Notes: generated from the sequence alone by a model not told the origin. A stretch of 9,381 nt of DNA from a virus (IMGVR_UViG_2534682159_000017), one strand, 5' to 3'. Shown: positions 1-6,332, counted from the stretch's first letter. Made by a program: numbers and translations.

Positions 1-1242
1 ATGGCGAGAAAAACACCCCCATTAACCACAGTACAGATCAAAGCAGCCAGACCAGCAGAAAAGGAATACACCCTACAGGACGGCGGAGGGCTTTTTCTCC
101 TGATCAAACCGTCCGGATCAAAACTCTGGAGATTTTCCTACTACCGACCATCGGACAAAAAAAGAATATTGCTGAGTTTTGGATCGCTTGATGATGTTTC
201 CCTGGCTGATGCCAGAAAACGCCGTAGCGAGTACAGGGCGTTAATTCGTGCCGGAACTGACCCGCAGGACCACGAGAGGCAAAAAAGAGAGACAGAGGCC
301 AGAAGACAAGGGAACACGTTCGAAAATGTGGCAACAGCATGGTACCAGGTGAAAATCAGCCAGAATCTGGCCCCCAATACGATTAAAGACATCTGGCGAT
401 CGCTGGAAAAATATGTATTCCCGTTCATCGGCAACACGCCAATAGACACCCTGACCGCTCGCAGGTTCGTTGAGGTGCTTACCCCCATCAAGGAACGTGG
501 CAACCTGGAAACGCTCAAGCGAGTTTTACAGCGTATAAATGAGGTAATGGATTACGCCGCCAATAGTGGGATGATTGATGCCAATCCGGCTATGAATGTG
601 CGTAAGGCGTTCCCCTCCCCTGTAAAAAAACATATGCCAACAATCCGCCCCGAACAGCTGCCGGAGCTTATGCAGGCTTTATCAGTATCGGCAACAGAAC
701 GGCAGACCAGATTACTGATTGAATGGCAGTTACTGACCGTAACCCGTCCCGTTGAAGCATCGTCGGCACGCTGGGAAGAAATCGACATGGAAGCGCAACG
801 CTGGACCATACCCGCCGGACGCATGAAGATGCGCCGCGACCACGTTATCCCGCTTTGTGACCAGGCTATGGCAGTGCTGGAGGCTATGAAACCAATCAGC
901 CACCACCGCGATTATGTTTTCCCGAGTCTGAAAGACCCACAGCAGCCGATGAACAGCCAGACCGCTAACGCAGCATTACGACGCATGGGATTCGCTGGCG
1001 TGCTGGTGTCTCATGGATTACGCGCCATATTCAGCACAGCAGCGAACGAAGAAGGCTTTGAGCCGGACGTAATAGAGGCCGCACTTGCCCACGTCGACAC
1101 CAACGAAGTCAGACGGGCATACAACCGGAGCAACTACATAGAAAAACGCATCGTGCTTATGCGCTGGTGGGGCGAATTTGTCGAGGCTGCGGCGACGGGC
1201 GTAACCCTCGCCAGTGGTAAAAGGGGTATCCGAGCCGTTTAG
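1..1242 (+). CDS. int: Tyrosine recombinase / site-specific integrase, P4-like family
   Basis: 413-aa ORF. N-terminus (TLQDGGGLFLLIKPSGSKLWRFSYY) matches the P4-integrase-type arm-binding domain. C-terminus has catalytic-domain motifs (HVIPLCDQA, HGLRAIFSTAA, RRAYNRSNY with the tyrosine). ATG is at window position 1 and stop TAG at 1240-1242; upstream context cannot be seen. Confidence 0.93.
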   Translation: MARKTPPLTTVQIKAARPAEKEYTLQDGGGLFLLIKPSGSKLWRFSYYRPSDKKRILLSFGSLDDVSLADARKRRSEYRALIRAGTDPQDHERQKRETEARRQGNTFENVATAWYQVKISQNLAPNTIKDIWRSLEKYVFPFIGNTPIDTLTARRFVEVLTPIKERGNLETLKRVLQRINEVMDYAANSGMIDANPAMNVRKAFPSPVKKHMPTIRPEQLPELMQALSVSATERQTRLLIEWQLLTVTRPVEASSARWEEIDMEAQRWTIPAGRMKMRRDHVIPLCDQAMAVLEAMKPISHHRDYVFPSLKDPQQPMNSQTANAALRRMGFAGVLVSHGLRAIFSTAANEEGFEPDVIEAALAHVDTNEVRRAYNRSNYIEKRIVLMRWWGEFVEAAATGVTLASGKRGIRAV

Positions 1243-1319
1243 CTGTACAGAAAACCAGTAAAAACTACGAAAACCATTTAAAACCGTCGTATAATTGCAT
1301 CACATTTAACGACGAGGCC

Positions 1320-1571
1320 TTGAAAAATGAAACTGTTAAGATGCAAACAAATTTCAGATGCAATTGCGACGGGCTGCAACTGGCCCTGATGGTTCAGCAT
1401 GAATTTTGGTCAACCTACGATCCGGAGGACAGAACGACGGCCCCATCAAAAAAACAGGTAGTAGATTTCCTGGTATCCCGTGGGGCTTCCAGAAATCTGG
1501 CTGTAAGTATTGATAAGGTTGTACGTCCGGCATCCATGAAGACCGGAGGCAGGCCAAAAAAATGGCGGTAA
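1320..1571 (+). CDS. Hypothetical small protein (83 aa from a TTG start, or 76 aa from the in-frame ATG at 1341); may instead be a noncoding transcript
   Basis: ORF lies between a -10-like TATAAT (1290-1295) and a strong intrinsic terminator at 1581-1606. No convincing SD at correct spacing for either start; basic C-terminus (KTGGRPKKWR). No recognisable family. Confidence 0.3.
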   Translation: MKNETVKMQTNFRCNCDGLQLALMVQHEFWSTYDPEDRTTAPSKKQVVDFLVSRGASRNLAVSIDKVVRPASMKTGGRPKKWR

Positions 1572-1580
1572 CAATCCTGA

Positions 1581-1606
1581 AAGCGGCAGAAATGCCGCTT
1601 TTTTTA
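1581..1606 (+). terminator. Rho-independent terminator
   Basis: Stem AGCGGCA (1582-1588), loop GAAA, stem TGCCGCT (1593-1599), followed by a run of 7-8 T. Confidence 0.8.
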
Positions 1607-1634
1607 TAAATCCCTTTCAAATCATCAATATAAA

Positions 1635-1674
1635 AAACGGTGTATACCGTTTAAAAACGGTGAGTACTGTTTTT
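1635..1674 (+). promoter_or_regulatory. Two tandem near-palindromic operator-like sites upstream of alpA
   Basis: Site 1 AAACGGT-GTAT-ACCGTTT (1635-1652) is a perfect 7-bp inverted repeat. Site 2 AAACGGT-GAGT-ACTGTTT (1655-1672) has one arm mismatch. Centres are about 20 bp apart (two helical turns), about 65-105 bp upstream of the alpA ATG. Confidence 0.5.
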
Positions 1675-1738
1675 CCCTGCATCCGATGATTTACCGTATT
1701 TCTCACCGGAATACACCGGATTAATGAGGTAAATCACG

Positions 1739-1945
1739 ATGGAAGCAATCAAAAAAGTCATCTTTCGCCAGGAAGTAAAAAAACTTATCCACATTAAGGC
1801 AGACAGCACGCTGCAAAGCATGATCAACGCCGGAGAATTCCCGCAGGGTTTTCGTGTCGGTTTGCGCCGTCGCGGATGGTATGAGGAAGACGTAATCGCA
1901 TGGATGAAAGAACGCGAACAAGAAGCGCGCGGAACGACCGCTTAA
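1739..1945 (+). CDS. alpA: AlpA-family phage transcriptional regulator (small MerR-like HTH, excisionase-like)
   Basis: 68-aa ORF; SD GAGG at 1726-1729, 9 nt before the ATG. Sequence pattern typical of AlpA/Vis-type prophage regulators (IHIKADSTLQSMINAGEFPQGFRVGLRRRGWYEEDVIAWM). Position directly after a P4-type integrase is canonical. Confidence 0.88.
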   Translation: MEAIKKVIFRQEVKKLIHIKADSTLQSMINAGEFPQGFRVGLRRRGWYEEDVIAWMKEREQEARGTTA

Positions 1946-2066
1946 CATATATAGGGCAAATGATGAACATAAAAAAAGCGGCCCCGAAATGGAGCCACCT
2001 TTCTGAACAATTAACCCGCTGCGCCGTATGTGTCAACAATCATAAGCCCGGGCATGATAACCGCGA

Positions 2067-2270
2067 TCAGGCTGGTGGGCAATTATCTTGCTTGTTGGGG
2101 CCGTATTGTGCTGCCATTTTCATCCGTTCGGAACGTGAATATTTTTTTAGAAACTCATCAAGGACAAAAGCGCATGGTGCGAATCTTTCTGATTCATGCT
2201 CGAGCGCCATATTTTCGTGCTCTCTGTTCGTTTTTTGCGATGGTGTATTGGTTGATTCTTTGTTGGTCAT
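2067..2270 (-). CDS. Possible small hypothetical protein downstream of the RHH gene (67 aa; 47 aa if started at the internal Met)
   Basis: ORF sits on the same strand 57 bp downstream of the RHH stop. Weak SD, low-complexity N-terminus, no recognisable domain. Listed only because it is the one non-shadow ORF in the 380-bp gap between alpA and the RHH gene. Confidence 0.2.
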   Translation of the reverse strand: MTNKESTNTPSQKTNREHENMALEHESERFAPCAFVLDEFLKKYSRSERMKMAAQYGPNKQDNCPPA

Positions 2271-2327
2271 TGTGTGTACCTGTAAAGCAATGCGCCGGAG
2301 TTCCTCACGCCACGGCGCTGATAGTAA

Positions 2328-2504
2328 TTATTCTTTTGATTCTATGCCGCGTTTATCCAACTCACGGCGCAAAAGCCTTTTTATCCATCCTGAGCGGTTA
2401 TCATCGCCATCTTCTTTCATGGCGATGCTTAAGCGTTCGAATAAGTCAGCATCAAGACGAAGCTGTACGGAAAACCTTTCCTTTTTGTTGTCATTGGTTG
2501 ACAT
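2328..2504 (-). CDS. Arc/MetJ-type ribbon-helix-helix DNA-binding protein (58 aa), candidate repressor
   Basis: Reverse-complement translation MSTNDNKKERFSVQLRLDADLFERLSIAMKEDGDDNRSGWIKRLLRRELDKRGIESKE. Beta-strand (RFSVQLRL), helix A, and helix B beginning with the RS/G motif follow the Arc/Mnt/CopG layout. SD GAGG lies 7 nt upstream of the ATG on the - strand. The 174-aa ORF in the track (2328-2852) is an upstream extension through promoter sequence and is not supported. Confidence 0.6.
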   Translation of the reverse strand: MSTNDNKKERFSVQLRLDADLFERLSIAMKEDGDDNRSGWIKRLLRRELDKRGIESKE

Positions 2505-2556
2505 TGTATACCTCGAGTATAATAATGGCCTTACGGTGACAATGTATACCAATGAC
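2490..2556. promoter_or_regulatory. Divergent promoter/operator region between the RHH gene (leftward) and the rep operon (rightward)
   Basis: + strand: -35 TTGACA (2498-2503), 17-bp spacer, -10 AATAAT (2521-2526); TATAAT also present at 2518-2523. Direct repeats TGACATTGTATACC (2499-2512) and TGACAATGTATACC (2537-2550) sit over the -35 and around the predicted +1. Inverted flanks GTCATTGG (2490-2497) and CCAATGAC (2549-2556). The RHH start codon is the complement of 2502-2504, inside the -35. Confidence 0.5.
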
Positions 2557-2630
2557 ACCACAAAAGCAAAGCCCGCTGGCGCTATGAACACCAACGGGCT
2601 TCTAACCAACAACGTAAACGAGGAGCCGTT

Positions 2631-3191
2631 ATGGTTGCCGTAAATCATATACCACACCTTGTACACACACAAACGGCCTTTGTGTGGCGTTTTCTGGCCC
2701 TGAATATCGGAGAAAAAAACCAGTTGATCGCCAGTGTCGAAAATAGCTATGATTCCCGCGCACCTCATAAAACGGGTGCCGGGATTGGCGTCCTGGGCAA
2801 AACTGAAGCGCATAACACGCGCCCCGCGTGTTTTTTTGTGCCGCATAGTCACACCTTATCAATGGTGGGCTGTACGGGGGCGGAGCAATCCGCGCCGGTT
2901 TCTTCAGTGTCCGGTTACGCCAACCCTGTACAGTCCGCCACCAGCGAAATTGGCGTTTCCGGTGGCGGTTATCTTAACCACACTGAGGAGGCTGCCAACA
3001 TGGCTACTATCCCTACCCTTGTACATTCTCAAACCGCCTTTCTCTGGCGCTTTATCATCTTTGGCGCGTCAGAACATCAAATCATCCACGTAACCGCCTG
3101 GACGGAACGCGAAGCGCGTAACCGTTGCCCGTCCGGTTGTGTCGCTGTATTCGCCGCCCGTATTCGCCAGGGGGAAACCTATGCACAATAA
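2631..3191 (+). CDS. Hypothetical protein with internal tandem duplication (186 aa); first gene of the rightward operon
   Basis: Strong SD GAGGAG (2620-2625) 5 nt before the ATG; stop overlaps the next gene start (ATGCACAATAA). Two homologous segments (IPHLVHTQTAFVWRFLAL... and IPTLVHSQTAFLWRFIIF...) differ partly by synonymous third-position changes, which argues for coding. No family recognised. Confidence 0.5.
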   Translation: MVAVNHIPHLVHTQTAFVWRFLALNIGEKNQLIASVENSYDSRAPHKTGAGIGVLGKTEAHNTRPACFFVPHSHTLSMVGCTGAEQSAPVSSVSGYANPVQSATSEIGVSGGGYLNHTEEAANMATIPTLVHSQTAFLWRFIIFGASEHQIIHVTAWTEREARNRCPSGCVAVFAARIRQGETYAQ

Positions 3192-3645
3192 AACCACACC
3201 GGACGCAACCGCCGCCGCGCTCACTACGCTGATGCACGCGCTGATTGATATTTCTGTTATTGCTGACATGGCGCATAAGCACGCCACCAGTGAAACAGAA
3301 TATGCCGGGGCTTTCGTCCCTCATTCGCTGGCGGTTATGCAACTTAGTGCTGATATGGCGCTGAATGAGGCCAAAGCCATCCTGATTGCTGATTGTGAAA
3401 ATGGGGGGGTTATGCGTGATGATCGTTTTAATTCCCTGAAACAGGAATTTTCCGGCGTTCCTGATGATGCGGCTGATGCGCTTTCGTCAATGCCAGAACT
3501 TATTAGAGCGGCTTTTTTCTTACTTTCCACGAGAGAATATAAATCAACGGGGCTTGATGTACTGAATATCGCCGCCGATTATGCGGAATATGTGGCAGAG
3601 GCTCGTTACAGAAGAAAATTTCCTGAGGATGTAAGCCATGCGTGA
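3181..3645 (+). CDS. Hypothetical protein (154 aa from the ATG at 3181; the track ORF begins at an upstream GTG at 3139)
   Basis: SD AGGGGG (3169-3174) 6 nt before the ATG at 3181. Start overlaps the upstream stop and the stop overlaps the downstream start (ATGCGTGA). Predicted helical; no recognisable family. Confidence 0.6.
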   Translation: MHNKTTPDATAAALTTLMHALIDISVIADMAHKHATSETEYAGAFVPHSLAVMQLSADMALNEAKAILIADCENGGVMRDDRFNSLKQEFSGVPDDAADALSSMPELIRAAFFLLSTREYKSTGLDVLNIAADYAEYVAEARYRRKFPEDVSHA

Positions 3646-3871
3646 TATTTACATTGAAACAATAGACCGCGCATTTAGTGCCCTTGCTTACGCTGAAGGT
3701 ATGTACGAAATATTGCAAATGTGGCTGGAAACATTTGGCGATAATGAGTGTGATGTAAAGAAGGCGCGGATTATTAAATCACTGATAACTCTCCTTGAAC
3801 CGGTAATAACAGAGTTGCAGGAAATAGACCTATTGCACGACAGATATAACGAACAGCACACCGGAGAATAA
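3638..3871 (+). CDS. Hypothetical protein (77 aa)
   Basis: SD GAGGA (3625-3629) 8 nt before the ATG; 4-nt overlap with the upstream gene. No recognisable family. Confidence 0.6.
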   Translation: MRDIYIETIDRAFSALAYAEGMYEILQMWLETFGDNECDVKKARIIKSLITLLEPVITELQEIDLLHDRYNEQHTGE

Positions 3872-3876
3872 AAATA

Positions 3877-4176
3877 ATGAAACTTAAATATTCTGGCTTA
3901 ACTGCCAGTGGCAACACTCACCCTAAATTTACGCGCGGTGATATTTACCGCGACCAGTACGGCGGTACGGTAATGATTAAGGGCGTGGCGGGACGGTGCG
4001 TAACTTACCGCCGTGAAGGTTACGAATATGATTGCGTGATGCCTGTTTATCAGTTCCGGCGTGATTTTTCTCTGGTACAGACCGCGCCGCATAACGTGCC
4101 CACCAGCAACTCCAGGGCACGGGCAAACATCCAGAAGCTGAAAACCATGATTAACGGATTCAGGGGTAAAAAATGA
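3877..4176 (+). CDS. Hypothetical protein (99 aa)
   Basis: SD GGAGA (3863-3867) 9 nt before the ATG; stop overlaps the rep start as ATGA at 4173-4176. No recognisable family. Confidence 0.6.
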   Translation: MKLKYSGLTASGNTHPKFTRGDIYRDQYGGTVMIKGVAGRCVTYRREGYEYDCVMPVYQFRRDFSLVQTAPHNVPTSNSRARANIQKLKTMINGFRGKK

Positions 4177-5582
4177 AACTGGCACCGAACGTAAAACGAT
4201 TACCGAAAGATAAATACACCGATGCGATTATTTTTGCGGGTATTGATGCTCATTCATTCGCAGAGCATTACATCATTGCACAGGCCAAAAAAGCAGGCGA
4301 TCCAGTCCCTCCCGTTTATCTGGGGCGTTATCAGTTAAGCGAACTGGATAACCTCCAGATTGTTGATGATGGGCGATACAGGGCGACGGTGATACGCGCC
4401 GGAAATATTGAAGAGCCGCAGCTGTTAACCATCGCCACGAAACTGGCGATCGCCGGAGTCCAGGAGGCGCGGCTACTTTCTGAAAATTTCGAATTGCTGG
4501 AGGAATGGAGCGACCAGCTTCCACGGCTTAGGGAGGCATGGGAACGCGGGGAAAGCCTGGTCATGAAAAAAATCCCCCAGCGAAAAACCACGCTACCGAT
4601 GAGCGTTGGATCTACCGGATACGACACACAGCTTGATTACGTGGTAAAGGGGATTATTCCGGCATCGTCGCTATGCAGCATATACGGGGCGAGCGGTTCC
4701 TATAAATCATTCCTTGCCGGATCGTGGGCGTGTCACGTTTCCACGGGCCGCCAGTGGGGAGGCCGCAGGGTGGCGCATGGTGCGGTTCTCTATGTGGTTG
4801 GTGAAGGCGGTATCGGCGTTCCGCGTCGTGTAAAAGCCTGGGAGGTTGTGCACGGTGAGCAGGTGAAAAATCTGTATCTGGTAAACCGTCCCATCTTTCC
4901 GGCGGTCCCGCTTGATGTTGATGAAATGGTTATCGCTGCCCGTCAGGTGGAGCGGGAAACGGGTAAACCTGTACGCATGATTATTCTGGATACGCTGGCG
5001 CGTTGCTTTGGTGGGAATGATGAAAATGATTCCCGTGATATGGGGGCGTTTATCCGTGGTTGTGACGAACTGAAACGGCGCACAGGGGCCACGGTGCTGG
5101 TGGTTCACCATTCCGGCAAGGATGAGACGAAAGGCGCGCGCGGTTCCAGTGCATTTCGTGCTTCGCTGGATGCTGAATACCGGATACGCAGAGAGGACGC
5201 AGGCAGCGAAGCGCTGGTTATCTCATGCACCAAAATGAAGGACGCGGAGGAACTCAAAGAAGCCGCATATGACTTACGCGTGGTGGAGCTTTTTACCGAC
5301 GCTGACGGGGAGTTAATCACGTCGCTGGTGGTGGTGGATAAGCCGCGCCCTCCCGTTGAACTGGAGCGCATCGAGGAGGCAGGGAACAAGACGGAGAATC
5401 ACGCCGCGCTATGGCAGTGCATCAGAACACGAACAGCACACGGGGAGGCGTGCACTATCGCCCTTCTCCGCGACGATATGAAAAAGCTGGGGTATGAGAT
5501 GAAGCACTTCCGGCGCTGGCTGTACAAGCTGGAAAATGATGGCGTAATCGTTATTGATGGTGATGACGTGCGCCCGCTGTAA
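4173..5582 (+). CDS. Replication initiator/helicase-like ATPase, RepA-like AAA_25 / RecA-fold family
   Basis: 469-aa ORF. P-loop region IYGASGSYKSFLAG, Walker-B-like MIILDTLARCFGG, and the family-typical LVVHHSGKD motif. Iteron array begins 4 bp after the stop. SD AGGGG 6 nt before the ATG. No primase domain recognised in the N-terminal 150 aa. Confidence 0.88.
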   Translation: MKLAPNVKRLPKDKYTDAIIFAGIDAHSFAEHYIIAQAKKAGDPVPPVYLGRYQLSELDNLQIVDDGRYRATVIRAGNIEEPQLLTIATKLAIAGVQEARLLSENFELLEEWSDQLPRLREAWERGESLVMKKIPQRKTTLPMSVGSTGYDTQLDYVVKGIIPASSLCSIYGASGSYKSFLAGSWACHVSTGRQWGGRRVAHGAVLYVVGEGGIGVPRRVKAWEVVHGEQVKNLYLVNRPIFPAVPLDVDEMVIAARQVERETGKPVRMIILDTLARCFGGNDENDSRDMGAFIRGCDELKRRTGATVLVVHHSGKDETKGARGSSAFRASLDAEYRIRREDAGSEALVISCTKMKDAEELKEAAYDLRVVELFTDADGELITSLVVVDKPRPPVELERIEEAGNKTENHAALWQCIRTRTAHGEACTIALLRDDMKKLGYEMKHFRRWLYKLENDGVIVIDGDDVRPL

Positions 5583-5585
5583 AAA

Positions 5586-5784
5586 GTGGGGAGTAAAAGT
5601 GGGGAGAGTGGGGAATTTAACAAAATTGAAACATAATTACCCACTTTCCCACCTGTATACACCCAAAAAAGTGGGGAGTAAAAAACATATTGAAAAACAT
5701 AACGTTAGAATCACAAAAAAAAGAGGTGGGGAGACGGTGGGTAATTTCAAAAAGTGGGGAGCAAAAGTGGGGAGTAGTGGGGAA
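5586..5784. repeat. Iteron array / replication origin
   Basis: GTGGGGA(G/A) direct repeats start at 5586, 5599, 5609, 5671, 5726, 5754, 5767 and 5777, with a degenerate GGTGGGTA at 5737. They form two clusters flanking an AT-rich segment (about 5615-5725) that holds inverted partial copies (CCCACTT 5640-5646, CCCACC 5648-5653). Confidence 0.85.
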
Positions 5785-6041
5785 TGAACAGAAAAACCAG
5801 AGATAAGACAGCGCCAAAATATAAAGCGTTAGACATGACAGAGCACGCCTTAAAGGTGGCAATCAGAACGATAGACCGCCACGCGGGGGAAGGATACGCG
5901 AAGGAACATCCCGACCTGATAAGCGCATTCATGACCACAGCAGCGGCAAACTTTGCCACGCTGACAGAACGGGAGATTGCCGAAGCGGAACAGGTAACAA
6001 CCATCAACGTAAAAACCGGAGAGTCAGGCGATGATACATGA
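5784..6041 (+). CDS. Hypothetical protein (85 aa)
   Basis: ORF begins inside the last iteron and overlaps the following gene by 11 nt. No good SD spacing; plausible globular composition; no recognisable family. Confidence 0.35.
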   Translation: MNRKTRDKTAPKYKALDMTEHALKVAIRTIDRHAGEGYAKEHPDLISAFMTTAAANFATLTEREIAEAEQVTTINVKTGESGDDT

Positions 6042-6303
6042 CCGCATAGCGGAGGAACTCGAGGCGAAAGGATTTTACCGGAGGGCGGCGGCGCGATGGG
6101 GTGAAGTCATGCAGCTGGTGGAGACAGACAAGGAACGGCATCAGGTTACGATGCGACGGCTGGAATGTTCCAGGAAAGCACAGAGGCAACCGGAGCCGCC
6201 GGATAACTTCGGAGACCTGAGAAAGGCAGTAGATCGCACTTATGCTGAAATGGGTATAGATGGTGTAAGCGATGAAATATGGTGTAATTACCAGGACAGC
6301 TAA
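6031..6303 (+). CDS. PerC-family transcriptional regulator-like protein (90 aa)
   Basis: SD GGAG (6018-6021) 9 nt before the ATG. N-terminal IAEELEAKGFYRRAAARWGEVM matches the conserved LE-x-KG-x-RRAA-x-W signature I associate with PerC/Pch proteins. Followed by a terminator. Confidence 0.7.
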   Translation: MIHDRIAEELEAKGFYRRAAARWGEVMQLVETDKERHQVTMRRLECSRKAQRQPEPPDNFGDLRKAVDRTYAEMGIDGVSDEIWCNYQDS

Positions 6304-6309
6304 TCACAC

Positions 6310-6332
6310 AGCCGGAGCAATCCGGCTTTTTT
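6310..6332 (+). terminator. Rho-independent terminator
   Basis: Stem AGCCGGA (6310-6316), loop GCAA, stem TCCGGCT (6321-6327), then TTTTTT. Confidence 0.8.

Noticed and set aside
104-1242. Antisense ORFs inside the integrase gene (104-340, 141-518, 552-824)
   Set aside because: Shadow ORFs opposite a confidently identified gene; no start context.
1675-1700. Possible LexA (SOS) box upstream of alpA around ACTGT...TGCAT
   Set aside because: Does not fit CTGT-N8-ACAG spacing or symmetry. The adjacent AAACGGT-type palindromes are the better-supported operator candidates.
1900-2643. 247-aa + strand ORF, and the nested 169-aa ORF at 2030-2539
   Set aside because: Ser/Arg/Cys-rich or highly hydrophobic low-complexity translations with no SD. 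They run through the RHH gene on the opposite strand and through the promoter/operator region. Judged to be chance ORFs in a T-rich intergenic stretch.
2328-2852. Full 174-aa minus-strand ORF from the track
   Set aside because: Only the last 58 codons look like a protein (Arc-like RHH) and have an SD. The upstream 116 codons are the reverse complement of the divergent promoter and the start of the 2631 gene, with junk-like composition.
2734-3093. 119-aa + ORF and minus-strand ORFs 2629-2862, 3069-3287, 3082-3342
   Set aside because: Alternative frames within the 2631-3191 / 3181-3645 genes. Pro/Arg-rich, no SD. The 2631 frame has the strong SD and the conserved duplicated domain.
3139-3180. 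GTG start at 3139 for the 154-aa gene
   Set aside because: No SD upstream of the GTG, whereas the ATG at 3181 has AGGGGG at ideal spacing and overlaps the upstream stop. The longer form would overlap 53 bp of the preceding gene.
3321-5389. Antisense or off-frame ORFs inside the rep operon (3321-3530, 3503-3718, 3898-4185, 4273-4524, 4331-4627, 4707-5111, 5105-5389)
   Set aside because: Shadow ORFs opposite the coupled operon and rep, with Ser/Arg-rich translations typical of reverse frames.
5586-5784. Possibility that the GTGGGGAG repeats are a CRISPR array
   Set aside because: Repeat unit is only 8-11 bp with irregular short spacers, lies directly after a Rep gene and flanks an AT-rich core. 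This is an iteron origin, not a CRISPR array.
5399-6007. ORFs overlapping the iteron array (5399-5662 -, 5554-5787 +, 5617-5862 -, 5747-6007 -)
   Set aside because: Translations of the iteron repeats give repetitive peptides (VGSKSGE-type). These are artefacts of the repeat structure, not genes.
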